Below, one piece after another: positions 50,588-59,909 of a DNA stretch of 64,000 bases; position 1 is the stretch's first letter; every line of letters starts with the position of its first letter. A program made the translations under genes and the position numbers. Location of the stretch: contig JBOHYR010000066.1 in assembly GCA_050737995.1 (NCBI GenBank), forward strand, positions 41,864-105,863, read 5' to 3'. Source of the DNA: Rhodanobacteraceae bacterium (lineage in GTDB: Bacteria > Pseudomonadota > Gammaproteobacteria > Xanthomonadales > Rhodanobacteraceae). The notes under the pieces are model-generated. The model worked only from the letters and a program-made list of their open reading frames with translations. It had not been told where the DNA came from and made no database searches.

Positions 50588-51097
50588 ATGAACGCAACCG
50601 TTCGCGTCTCCGTGATTGCGCTTTTCTGCCTGGCCGCTGCGGCTTGTGCGAAAAAGCAGGAGGTCAAGCCGCCCCCACCACCGGAGCAACCCACCACAAC
50701 CACTGCCCCCACGACCACCGAGGGCGCCTTCACGCCGGCCGATCTGCAAACCAATGCCTGCTTGCGTACCCGGGTGATCTATTTCGACTTCGACAAGAGC
50801 AACATCCAGTCGCAGTTCGACAACATCGTCGCCTGTCACGCAAAGTACCTGCGTGACCGTCCGATGGCACGGATGACGCTGGAAGGCAATACCGATGAGC
50901 GCGGTACTCGCGAATACAACCTCGGCCTTGGTGAGCGCCGTGGCAATTCCGTCGCCAGTGCGCTCGAGGCCGACGGTGCCTCGTCCGACCAGATCAAGGT
51001 CGTGAGCTACGGCGAGGAACGCCCGGTGTGCCGTGAGCACAATGAAGGCTGCTGGCATCTGAACCGCCGCGTCAACATCGTCTACACCACCGAGTAA
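50588..51097 (+). CDS. pal: Peptidoglycan-associated lipoprotein Pal
   Basis: Lipobox LAAAAC and OmpA-like motif NTDERGTREYNLGLGERR. Confidence 0.93.
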   Translation: MNATVRVSVIALFCLAAAACAKKQEVKPPPPPEQPTTTTAPTTTEGAFTPADLQTNACLRTRVIYFDFDKSNIQSQFDNIVACHAKYLRDRPMARMTLEGNTDERGTREYNLGLGERRGNSVASALEADGASSDQIKVVSYGEERPVCREHNEGCWHLNRRVNIVYTTE

Positions 51098-51102
51098 GCG
51101 GT

Positions 51103-51906
51103 GTGATGATCGCTGCACGAGTGCGCCGCATGCCGCGCAAGGCTGCTGCAATGTTCATGGCCGCTTCGGCGGCCATGATCGTTGCTGGAACTTGCGTGCC
51201 GGAAGCGTGGGCGCAGGACACGGGTCAGGCGCCTCCGGCGCCTTCTAACGCTCTGGTGCTGGTCAACGAGATCCAGAACCTGCAGTCGCAGATGCGACAG
51301 ATGCAGGGCGAGATCGAAGAGCTGCAACACAAGTTGAAGTTGCTCCAGCAGACCAGCAAGGACCAATACGTCGATCTCGACTCGCGTGTTGGCAAGCTGG
51401 AACACACGCAACCCGCCCCGGCGGCGAGCGCGGCGCTGGTTTCATCGGCGTCCGCCAGTGTCGTGCCCGCGGCGTCCGGGACTGCCGCCGAGCCCATGTC
51501 CACGGCCGACAAGGCCGCTGCGCAAGTCGCGTACGACGCGGCATTCAAGTCGCTACGCGACGGCAATTATGTCGATTCCGCGCGCGGCTTCCGGGCCTTC
51601 ATCGACAAGTATCCGCATAGTGTGCTTGTCTCCAATGCGTACTACTGGCTTGGCGGTTCTTACTACGTCACGCAGAATTACAAGCCCGCTCTGGCGGCAT
51701 TCCAGACGTTGTTGAGCAAATATCCGGACAGCCCCAAGGCGGCGGAGTCGCAGCTTCGGATCGCCGATTGCCAAATCGCGCTCAAGGACTACGCCGCCGC
51801 GCGCCGGACGTTGCAGGCGACGATCAAGGCGAATCCTGGCACTGCGCTGGAGAAACGCGCACGCGACAAGCTGCAGGACATGCCCACCAAAACCGGTGCG
51901 CAATGA
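51103..51906 (+). CDS. cpoB: Tol-Pal system protein CpoB (YbgF)
   Basis: Signal peptide, an N-terminal coiled coil ([19 protein letters not shown]), C-terminal TPR repeats, and a position after pal. Confidence 0.8.
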   Translation: MMIAARVRRMPRKAAAMFMAASAAMIVAGTCVPEAWAQDTGQAPPAPSNALVLVNEIQNLQSQMRQMQGEIEELQHKLKLLQQTSKDQYVDLDSRVGKLEHTQPAPAASAALVSSASASVVPAASGTAAEPMSTADKAAAQVAYDAAFKSLRDGNYVDSARGFRAFIDKYPHSVLVSNAYYWLGGSYYVTQNYKPALAAFQTLLSKYPDSPKAAESQLRIADCQIALKDYAAARRTLQATIKANPGTALEKRARDKLQDMPTKTGAQ

Positions 51907-51913
51907 CGCAGCG

Positions 51914-52612
51914 ATGACGCCGGGACAATCTGAACCGCGCAAGGCGGTGGTGCTTGTCTCGGGTGGCATGGATTCAGCGGTCACGCTGGCGCTCGCGCAG
52001 GAATCCGGTTTCGTGTGTTACTCGCTATCGGTCGCCTACGGACAACGGCATGCCTCGGAACTCGTCGCCGCCGCGCGCGTCGCGGCGATGCTCGGCGCCG
52101 TCGGGCACAAAACCGTGTCGATCGACCTGCGCAGCATCGGTGGTTCGGCCCTGACCTCCGACATCGCGGTGCCAGAGTATTCCGACACACACGGCGAGCA
52201 CGCTATCCCGGCCACCTACGTGCCTGCACGCAACACCATCATGCTGGCTATCGCGCTGGGTTGGGCGGAAACGTTGGCTGCCAGCGATTTGTTCTGCGGC
52301 GTCAACGCGGTCGATTATTCCGGTTACCCGGATTGCCGGCCGGAATTCGTGGAAGCATTCGAACGCCTCGCCAATCTCGCGACCCGCACAGGTGTCGGAG
52401 GTGCGGAATTGCGCGTGCATGCACCGCTTATCGACAAGTCCAAGGCCGATATCGTGCGTGAGGGAATGCGTCTGGGCGTCGACTTCTCCGCCACGGTTTC
52501 CTGCTATCGCGCCGATGCCAAGGGACGTGCCTGCGGTCACTGCGACGCGTGCGTACTGCGCGCGCGTGGATTCGCGGACGCTGGTGTCGCCGACCCGACG
52601 CACTACGTTTGA
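51914..52612 (+). CDS. queC: 7-cyano-7-deazaguanine synthase
   Basis: VSGGMDS PP-loop and a C-terminal Cys cluster, CGHCDAC. Confidence 0.93.
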   Translation: MTPGQSEPRKAVVLVSGGMDSAVTLALAQESGFVCYSLSVAYGQRHASELVAAARVAAMLGAVGHKTVSIDLRSIGGSALTSDIAVPEYSDTHGEHAIPATYVPARNTIMLAIALGWAETLAASDLFCGVNAVDYSGYPDCRPEFVEAFERLANLATRTGVGGAELRVHAPLIDKSKADIVREGMRLGVDFSATVSCYRADAKGRACGHCDACVLRARGFADAGVADPTHYV

Positions 52613-52679
52613 TGCCAGTTGCCGTTACAATGCGCGGCTTGTCATGATCGTCGTGATGACGAGCATGCCTGTTGTTCCA

Positions 52680-52754
52680 GGGCCGTTAGCTCAGCGGTAG
52701 AGCAGTGGACTTTTAATCCATTGGTCGATGGTTCGATCCCATCACGGCCCACCA
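52680..52754 (+). tRNA. tRNA-Lys (anticodon TTT)
   Basis: Manual cloverleaf: acceptor GGGCCGT/ACGGCCC, D-arm GCTC-AGCGGTA-GAGC, anticodon arm GTGGA-CTTTTAA-TCCAT, T-arm GATGG-TTCGATC-CCATC. CCA is encoded. Confidence 0.93.
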
Positions 52755-53140
52755 ATTTAATCAATAACTTGTGATGACGACGTCCAATGGCAACACGTAG
52801 AATAAGGAAAAAGTCCCCACACAATCCCCATTTGGCGTGATTTCGATTCCCAGGGTCACAAGTGCCAACATTGGGGGAGACTGCACTGCCCAATCACTGC
52901 TTATCGACCATGATCGCTGCTGGTGTCGGAGCGACAATTCGCAGCGAAGATGGCTTGGAGTAAGCGGAATTGTTGGTCGCTCATGCGCCGTCGCGACGAA
53001 TAGTCACTGGACCTGCTGGATGGTGCGCCGTCGCTGCGGCGTGGCAACCCGAAGCGTTACGCGCAAGCGGATCTCTCGACGTGTGGTAACTTTCGACTTA
53101 CCGCCATCGCGATCCTCGACAAACACGGAAAGAATGCTTG

Positions 53141-53425
53141 ATGCCGACGAAGCAGAAGAAACGACTGACACTGCAGGAGCTGCGTGAAAATCCCGATCGT
53201 TACCCCGGAATCATGCAGACCGCAGAGTCGTTCAAAAAGGTCGTTGCTCGCTTTCTCGCGGCCAAAAGGGAAGCCGAGGAAGTGTTTGAAAGTCTGCGCG
53301 ACGCGGACATGGATGAATCTGTGGCGTACTGCCGGGGCCATCCGCTGAGCCCGGAAGCTGTCGCGGCCTTGATCTATGTGGCGCATCGGGCACTGATGTT
53401 GGAGCAAGTGAAAGCTGGAGCCTAG
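53141..53425 (+). CDS. Hypothetical small helical protein (no family recognised)
   Basis: 94-aa ORF from the ATG at 53141, in the lower-GC stretch that follows tRNA-Lys. No motif was recognised and coding status is unproven. Confidence 0.35.
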   Translation: MPTKQKKRLTLQELRENPDRYPGIMQTAESFKKVVARFLAAKREAEEVFESLRDADMDESVAYCRGHPLSPEAVAALIYVAHRALMLEQVKAGA

Positions 53426-53566
53426 TCCAGGCCGTCTTGGCCCGGCGGACTTCGATGCTCGCCCGGGAACGGCGTCTAGCGCAGCGCTACGGCAATCGAC
53501 AGGCAGCTCATTACTTCAAACGTGCGCTGGCGTTGCGCGAGCAGCATGCTCGGAATAGGCATGCAC

Positions 53567-54532
53567 TCATCGAACCGCAGAGGGTCGTTCAGGCGCGCGG
53601 ATTGATTTTCGTTGCGGGTGCGCGCGGCGCAGGCAATCCAAGATGATTTGGACCAGGCGCGATGGTGGTGGCGAGCGCCGGAAAATGGCTGCGAACTGAC
53701 AGTTGTAATGGAAGCGAGTCGGATACAGCGGACGCAACTGCTTCTGCGTCTCGAATAGACGGGCGTAGTGGGTGGGAAGGAAGCCGACGAAGCGTCCTGA
53801 GAGGATCAGCGTGGCGACGGCTTCCTGATCTGATGCCTCGGCTGCGCGCTCCAGCCCGAGGCTGTTGCCAGTCTCCATGTTCGGCGAGTGAAACGCCAAT
53901 CCTGCGTACCGATGTGCCCACACCTCGCGTTCTTGGCCGGACACGTCGGGGCGCTCGAACAGTGGATGGCCGCGACCGCAATACAGGCGCATCTGTTCAT
54001 AGAACAACGGCAAGTACTCGAGCGCTGGTGACGGCCGGTGGGTTGGAATGATGCCGACTTGCCAGACGTTGTCGATAACTCCAGCCTCGATCCGGTGGGT
54101 AGGAGCAACGTCAAGCTCGACCTTCACGTCCGGTGCGCGGGAAGCGAAGGCGCCCAGAGCATCTGCGATGTGCGAATCCGGATTGGTCACCGTTTTGTCG
54201 AACAATACGAGGCGCAACCTACCCCGTACGCGATCGTTGATTTCCCCCACTTCTGTGCGGAACTGACTCACCGCAGTCAGCAACCGCTCGGCCGCCTCGA
54301 ATACCCGGGTGCCCTCGTCCGTCATAGCGAATCCGGACCGTCCGCGATGGCAGAGCGTGGTGCCGAGGCGCTCCTCGAGTGCCTTGAGGTGGCGGCTGAT
54401 GGTAGAGCGCCCGATGTTCAGCTCTGACTCCGCGGCCGTCAATCCGCCGCAGCGGACGACAGCTTGGAAAAGTCTCAACTCGCGAAGGCCCGCGTCGGCG
54501 AGCACTGGAGTCCGAATGGTTGATTGTTTCAT
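53567..54532 (-). CDS. LysR family transcriptional regulator
   Basis: N-terminal HTH (LRLFQAVVRCGGLTAAESELNIGRSTISRHLKALEERLG) and a LysR substrate-binding domain. It is divergent from the TonB-dependent receptor genes. Confidence 0.88.
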   Translation of the reverse strand: MKQSTIRTPVLADAGLRELRLFQAVVRCGGLTAAESELNIGRSTISRHLKALEERLGTTLCHRGRSGFAMTDEGTRVFEAAERLLTAVSQFRTEVGEINDRVRGRLRLVLFDKTVTNPDSHIADALGAFASRAPDVKVELDVAPTHRIEAGVIDNVWQVGIIPTHRPSPALEYLPLFYEQMRLYCGRGHPLFERPDVSGQEREVWAHRYAGLAFHSPNMETGNSLGLERAAEASDQEAVATLILSGRFVGFLPTHYARLFETQKQLRPLYPTRFHYNCQFAAIFRRSPPPSRLVQIILDCLRRAHPQRKSIRAPERPSAVR

Positions 54533-54847
54533 TTTGATGAAACTCAGGTTGGCTTCACAGCCGTTTACACAACCTTAGCGCATGTGTAGCGTTACAGAGA
54601 AGGGCTTCATGAGCGTCGGAGTCGAGAGGCAATGTCAGAGTAACGGCCATCTTTTGCTTTCATGAGCTAAATGGCTGACCGCCACCACCGAGTACCGGCG
54701 GCCCGAGTGAACCAATGCCTGCAGCGTGGCCGGGCGTTTGGCCAGCTCGTGTCGCCCGTGTGCCGGATCACGCCCCGGCTTGCTGCAAGCGTACGCAGCG
54801 AGTCAAGCAGTAAGTAAGAAACCAACGAACGCATTCTCGAGGGGGCT

Positions 54848-55110
54848 ATGAAAACGGACCCGAATACGATGTCAATAGCGATGCTTGCTGCGCTATGCGC
54901 AGGTGCTGCCTCGGCGGCCGGTGTACCGGCACGGCCTTCGCGCAAAACACGTCTCCAGGCGCGACGGCACAAACGAGTAGCAACGAAATCACGGTCGCAT
55001 TGCAGACCATCACGGTCACCGGTTCACAGCCTCGTCGCTTGGAACTCGAGATTGATAATCCGGCGGTTACGGTAACCAGCTAGCAAATCCAGCAGACGGG
55101 AAAGCTGGCT
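54848..55110 (+). pseudogene. 5' stub of a TonB-dependent receptor gene (frameshift, in-frame stop, 3' truncation)
   Basis: It starts ATGAAAAC like the intact receptor. The signal peptide is in one frame. A second frame reads TAFAQNTSPGATAQTSSNEITVALQTITVTGSQPRRLELEIDNPAVTVTS-stop-QIQQTG, collinear with residues 1-90 of the 55166 receptor (TLQTIEVTGSHISRAEVETDNPVIVLGSSQIQQTG). Confidence 0.6.
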
Positions 55111-55165
55111 CGGCGGTTCAGCGCGAGTCGGAAATCAAATGTAACAGTTAAAGACCGGAGGGGTT

Positions 55166-58078
55166 ATGAAAACAAGTCAGCGTTCACTGTCCGTGGCGAT
55201 ACGCGCAATACTACTCGCTGGGACCGCAGTTATGGGTTGCAGTGCCGGGGTCGCAGTTGCGCAGGATGCGACGCAAAGTGCGACACCGCAAGCGGACAGT
55301 AAGTCCAATATGACGACCCTGCAGACGATCGAGGTCACCGGTTCGCACATCAGCCGGGCGGAGGTTGAGACAGATAATCCAGTTATTGTCTTAGGGAGCA
55401 GCCAAATCCAACAAACGGGCAGTCTTACATTGGGGGATTTAGTAGCGCGCCTACCCCAAATAACTGGCTTGGTAACGAATAGTACAACTGGTGGTGGGAC
55501 GACACTTGTGGGCTTGCGTGGCTTAGGGTCGAGTCGCACTCTAATCCTTATCGACGGGCAACGAGTAGTTAATAAAGATCTCAACTCAATACCAATAGCC
55601 GCAGTGGAGCGCGTCGAGGTACTGCCTAGCGGTGCGTCTGCGATTTATGGGTCAGATGCAATTGGCGGTGTGATTAATTTTATTACGAAGAGTAACTATA
55701 GTGGTGCACAAGTGATGCTCAACTATGGAATATCGAATCATGACGATGGACAACGGAGTGGCGAAAACTTTATGTTTGGCCAAGCGTCAGACAAGGGTAG
55801 CATTCTGGTGGATGTTGCCCACGCTAAGTTTGGCGCAATCGACGCGCAAAGCCGGGCGTTTGCTGCCCATACACTGTTTCTGAACCCACAGGGGGATGGG
55901 TTTACCGCAGGCGGGACAAACTTCGCACCCCGCGGCTTCATCGTCGTGTCACCAACGTTGTCGACTGAGTTCGGCTGCCCGTCAGGCGGTGCGTTGGGGC
56001 TAAACCAAGACGTCTTCGCTAGCGGTGAAAGCCCAACTCGACCGGGAGATTACCATTGCTGGGGGACGGAGCCTGGTGACCTGTATGACTTTCAGGCGAA
56101 CGGCAATCGGGTTGTGAATCCGTCCGAAAGTACCAACGTGATGTTCAAAGGCACATACCACGTAACGCCAAATATTGAACTCTTCGCAACTTATTATCAC
56201 TATCAGGACAAGCAAAGCATACAGGTCTGGCCCTCCGTCTTTGGTACCAGGAGCGTCGGCGGGCAGACCATAAGTGCAGACAGCTATTATAACCCGTTTG
56301 GTGTGGATTTTTCAGATCCTGATGGTGCAGCGCTCAGCACGCTGCTGTTTAACATTGGAACGCTACGATACTTTAACTCAACGAATACAACTGACCAACT
56401 AATAAGCGGGGTCAAGGGACACTTGAGTGTCTTCAACCATCGCTGGGATTGGGATGTCGGCTTCAATTTTGGTCACTTGTTGTCCAACGTCCACCTTATC
56501 GGGTGGCCGAATCAACCGTTTCTGCTACAGGGGCTGGGACCGTCGTTCCTGAATACCGCCGGTGTGGTGCAGTGCGGCACAGCCGCGGATCCAATTAGCC
56601 TCAGCACTTGCGTGCCTTGGGATCCGTTTAACATGAACTCGCCATCTGCGCTGGCAACGGTGGCGAAGGCAAATGCGCCCGTAGCAAACTCTACATGGCA
56701 GATTGAACGGACGTATCACGCGGACGTTACAGGTGGCGTGTTGGATCTCCCGGCCGGTACTGCGCAGTTGGCCATGGGTATATCGTACCGAGAGGAGTAT
56801 TCGAATAACTTCATTGGCGCGCTTCAGACGAATCCACCACCTCCGTCTACTCAACTTTGTGGCTTGGGAAGTCAGTGTTCGGCGCACCTAAACGGCGGCT
56901 TCAACGTCAAAGAAGCATACGCTGAGTTGTTTATCCCGATCCTGCAAGATTTGGCATTCGCACATGGCCTGAATGTGACACTGGCAGATCGCTACTCGAA
57001 ATATAGCGACTTCGGCAGCACTAATAACTGGAAGGTTGGAGTTGAGTACCGCCCGGTCACAGATTTGCTGTTGCGAGGGACTGTCTCGCAAGTGTTCCGT
57101 GCGCCGACGATATCTGATCTCTTCACCGCGCCGCAGAGTACCGCGACCTTTCTCGCGAAAGACCCATGCGATGGCATCAAGACTCCAGGCAACCCCGCGT
57201 GTGTAGGAGTCCCAACGGACGGGAGCTTTCAGAGCTTATATGACGGCAATGCCCTTCAGCTGAGGGCGCAGACCGAGGGTGCGGAAGCTGCAGGGTTCCC
57301 GATACAGCCAGAGAGGGGCAAGTCGTTCGACTTTGGCTTCGTTTATTCGCCACATCAGATTCCTGGACTCTCGGTAAGTCTCGATCAATGGCGCATTTAT
57401 CTCAATGATAACATCACACAGATTTCGGCTCAGACAGTTGTAAACGAGTGCTACAGCGGGAATTTGTTGTTTTGCAAGTTCATCCAGAGGACTCAGGGAG
57501 GGCCTGGCGCAGGGCAGTTGACACTGGTGATTCTTCCCGATGGGAATTTGGGCCGTCTAGATGTAAAGGGTACCGATTTATCGTTAGTCTACAAATTACC
57601 TGCGACGAGACTAGGTCGGTTCCAAGTTAGCGTAAACGGAACGTATTTGGATCAGTACAAAGTGCAGACTGCGCCTGGTCAAGTTAGCAATACAGCTGTC
57701 AACCTCGCTGGTACACAAGGGAATATTATAGCTCAGCTGTTTCCTCGCGTCCGAGCGTTGGGTAGTGTTGGTTGGACGCTCGGACCGTGGGAGGCAGAAT
57801 GGACACTGCACTACATCGGCAAGTTTGTTGACCAAGAATATATGAATGGAGACTGTCACGAGAGCTTCAGTTGTTTTGGGTCGTGGGTATATAATGACGT
57901 GAGCTTGGGCTATCACGTTAAGCCGATTAAGTCGTTGATCCAGGTTGGAGTGGACAACGTATTTGACAAGGAACCTCCTCTCCTGGGCACAAACATTGGG
58001 AACGCGTCGAATACGGACGCCGATAACTTTGATGTTGTTGGCAGGTATTATTGGGCGCGCCTTACTGTGAACTTCTGA
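55166..58078 (+). CDS. TonB-dependent outer membrane receptor
   Basis: 970-aa ORF with a signal peptide, a plug region (TLQTIEVTG, VERVEVLPSGASAIYGSDAIGGVINFITK), a long beta-barrel and a terminal aromatic residue (RLTVNF). Its GC and codon usage are clearly lower than the neighbours. Confidence 0.92.
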   Translation: MKTSQRSLSVAIRAILLAGTAVMGCSAGVAVAQDATQSATPQADSKSNMTTLQTIEVTGSHISRAEVETDNPVIVLGSSQIQQTGSLTLGDLVARLPQITGLVTNSTTGGGTTLVGLRGLGSSRTLILIDGQRVVNKDLNSIPIAAVERVEVLPSGASAIYGSDAIGGVINFITKSNYSGAQVMLNYGISNHDDGQRSGENFMFGQASDKGSILVDVAHAKFGAIDAQSRAFAAHTLFLNPQGDGFTAGGTNFAPRGFIVVSPTLSTEFGCPSGGALGLNQDVFASGESPTRPGDYHCWGTEPGDLYDFQANGNRVVNPSESTNVMFKGTYHVTPNIELFATYYHYQDKQSIQVWPSVFGTRSVGGQTISADSYYNPFGVDFSDPDGAALSTLLFNIGTLRYFNSTNTTDQLISGVKGHLSVFNHRWDWDVGFNFGHLLSNVHLIGWPNQPFLLQGLGPSFLNTAGVVQCGTAADPISLSTCVPWDPFNMNSPSALATVAKANAPVANSTWQIERTYHADVTGGVLDLPAGTAQLAMGISYREEYSNNFIGALQTNPPPPSTQLCGLGSQCSAHLNGGFNVKEAYAELFIPILQDLAFAHGLNVTLADRYSKYSDFGSTNNWKVGVEYRPVTDLLLRGTVSQVFRAPTISDLFTAPQSTATFLAKDPCDGIKTPGNPACVGVPTDGSFQSLYDGNALQLRAQTEGAEAAGFPIQPERGKSFDFGFVYSPHQIPGLSVSLDQWRIYLNDNITQISAQTVVNECYSGNLLFCKFIQRTQGGPGAGQLTLVILPDGNLGRLDVKGTDLSLVYKLPATRLGRFQVSVNGTYLDQYKVQTAPGQVSNTAVNLAGTQGNIIAQLFPRVRALGSVGWTLGPWEAEWTLHYIGKFVDQEYMNGDCHESFSCFGSWVYNDVSLGYHVKPIKSLIQVGVDNVFDKEPPLLGTNIGNASNTDADNFDVVGRYYWARLTVNF

Positions 58079-58458
58079 TGTCATCCGTGCTACGTTAGTC
58101 GTTGCGCCGCGCCGACCGCGCGCAATGCTGCCGACAGCCGGCTTCCGTAGCCGAGTAGACGCGTGGAAGTGCGCGGAGCGTTACTACGAGGTATAACGGA
58201 AATTTGGGTTCAACGTTCACTTCGCCGTATCGACGGGTTCGAGCGCAATTTAGACATTTTTGCCTGTAGCGATACTCGATACGAGCTTTGACATGGTAGG
58301 TGGCACACGCTGTAGGCAGTTCACATCAATACACTGCCGATCCCGGACCGCGTTCTCTGGGTGAGAATAGGCCCGAAAGCCTCATCTATATTGACGGGTT
58401 TTGGTGACACTCTGCGACTACGTCCACCACGGGTTGCATTGATAGGAGGCAACAAACC

Positions 58459-59835
58459 GTGAGCAGCGATCGTATTACGAGCGCGACCGAGACAAACACT
58501 GACGCGCGGGCGCGTGACCAAGCCCATGTATTCCACTCTTGGTCTGCACAAAAGCACATCAATCCGCTCCCGATTGCACGGGCCAAAGGCTCGGTATTCT
58601 GGGATTACGACGGGCATCGCTACCTCGACTTTGCTTCGCAGCTGGTGTACCTCAATCTTGGTCATCAGCACCCTGAAATGGTGGCAGCGATCGTCACGCA
58701 GGCACAAACGCTGACGACGTGCGCGCCGGGTTTTGCGAACGACGCACGCTCAGAGGCGGCGCGCTTGATTTCGGAAATTGCGCCGGGCGACCTCAACAGG
58801 GTTTTCTTCACCAGCGGAGGTGCCGAAGCAAACGAACATGCGATGCGCATGGCGCGGCGCCACACTGGGCGGCTCAAGATACTGGCGGCCTACCGCAGCT
58901 ATCACGGTGCGACCGCAGGAGCGATCGCGGCGACCGGCGACCCGAGGCGATGGGGTTCCGAGCCGGCTGCGCCGGGGGTGGTGCACTTTTGGGGTCCGTA
59001 CACCTACCGGTCAGCGTTCCACTCGAACAGCGAGCGGGAGGAGTGCGAGCGCGCCTTGACCCATTTGCGCGACATGGTCATGGTCGAAGGCGCGGACACG
59101 ATCGCGGCGATCCTGCTTGAAACCGTTGTCGGAACCAATGGCATATTGGTGCCGCCAGATGGTTACCTAGTCGGGGTGCGCAATCTCTGCGACGAGTTCG
59201 GCATCCTGTTCATCGCCGATGAGGTCATGGCCGGGTTCGGTCGCTGTGGCGAATGGTTTGCCGTAGACCACTGGAAGGTGACGCCCGATCTCATCACCTT
59301 CGCCAAGGGAGTCAACTCGGGCTACGTGCCTCTGGGTGGGGTGATCATCTCCGAGCGCATCGCTCGCAGTTTCGACGATCAAGTCTATCCGGGCGGGTTG
59401 ACTTATTCGGGTCACCCGCTGGCCTGTGCCGCCGCTGTGGCGTCCATCGGCATTTTCAAGCGCGAAAATCTCATCGCACGCGCCCGTGCCTTAGGCGAAG
59501 ATATCATCGGGCCAGGGTTGCGCGCGTTGGCCGAACGCCACCCCAGCGTCGGTGACGTCCGAGGCCTCGGCGCCTTCTGGGCCGTAGAACTGGTAAAGAA
59601 CCGCGAAACCCGAGAGCCGCTGGTACCGTTCAACGCCAAAGGTATGGCAGCCGCGCCCATGGCCGAATTTGCGCAAGCGTGCAGGGACGGCGGACTATGG
59701 CCGTTCGTCCATTTCAACCGAACGCATGTGGTTCCACCACTGACAACTACGGCAGAGGAGATTCGTGAAGGCATCGCCATCTTGGATCACGCGCTCGCCA
59801 CACCAGATAAGTATTGCGTGGGCCGGCCAGGATAG
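58459..59835 (+). CDS. Class III (omega-amino acid:pyruvate type) aminotransferase
   Basis: GTG start with an AGGAGG SD. Motifs: TSGGAEANE, ADEVMAGFGRCG and the PLP-lysine context TFAKGVNSG. Substrate cannot be assigned by eye. Confidence 0.85.
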   Translation: MSSDRITSATETNTDARARDQAHVFHSWSAQKHINPLPIARAKGSVFWDYDGHRYLDFASQLVYLNLGHQHPEMVAAIVTQAQTLTTCAPGFANDARSEAARLISEIAPGDLNRVFFTSGGAEANEHAMRMARRHTGRLKILAAYRSYHGATAGAIAATGDPRRWGSEPAAPGVVHFWGPYTYRSAFHSNSEREECERALTHLRDMVMVEGADTIAAILLETVVGTNGILVPPDGYLVGVRNLCDEFGILFIADEVMAGFGRCGEWFAVDHWKVTPDLITFAKGVNSGYVPLGGVIISERIARSFDDQVYPGGLTYSGHPLACAAAVASIGIFKRENLIARARALGEDIIGPGLRALAERHPSVGDVRGLGAFWAVELVKNRETREPLVPFNAKGMAAAPMAEFAQACRDGGLWPFVHFNRTHVVPPLTTTAEEIREGIAILDHALATPDKYCVGRPG

Positions 59836-59909
59836 CCAGCAGCCGGTTGCCTTGGCGGGAACGTGTGCGTCAAGCAGTGTACTGATTTAGTTGTAGCGGA
59901 GAACTGAAT

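Noticed and set aside
53437-53646. 69-aa Arg-rich ORF following the orphan ORF after tRNA-Lys. I considered it a possible second gene of a small two-gene module, for example toxin-antitoxin-like.
   Set aside because: It starts at TTG without a convincing SD. It overlaps the 3' end of the LysR gene by 80 nt on the opposite strand, and no family motif was recognised. Evidence is insufficient to call it.
58275-58293. Palindrome CTCGATACGAG followed by TTGACA upstream of the aminotransferase gene, considered as a LysR box plus -35 element
   Set aside because: The downstream -10 candidate (TGTAGG) is poor and the palindrome is short. It is plausible but cannot be supported without transcription start data.
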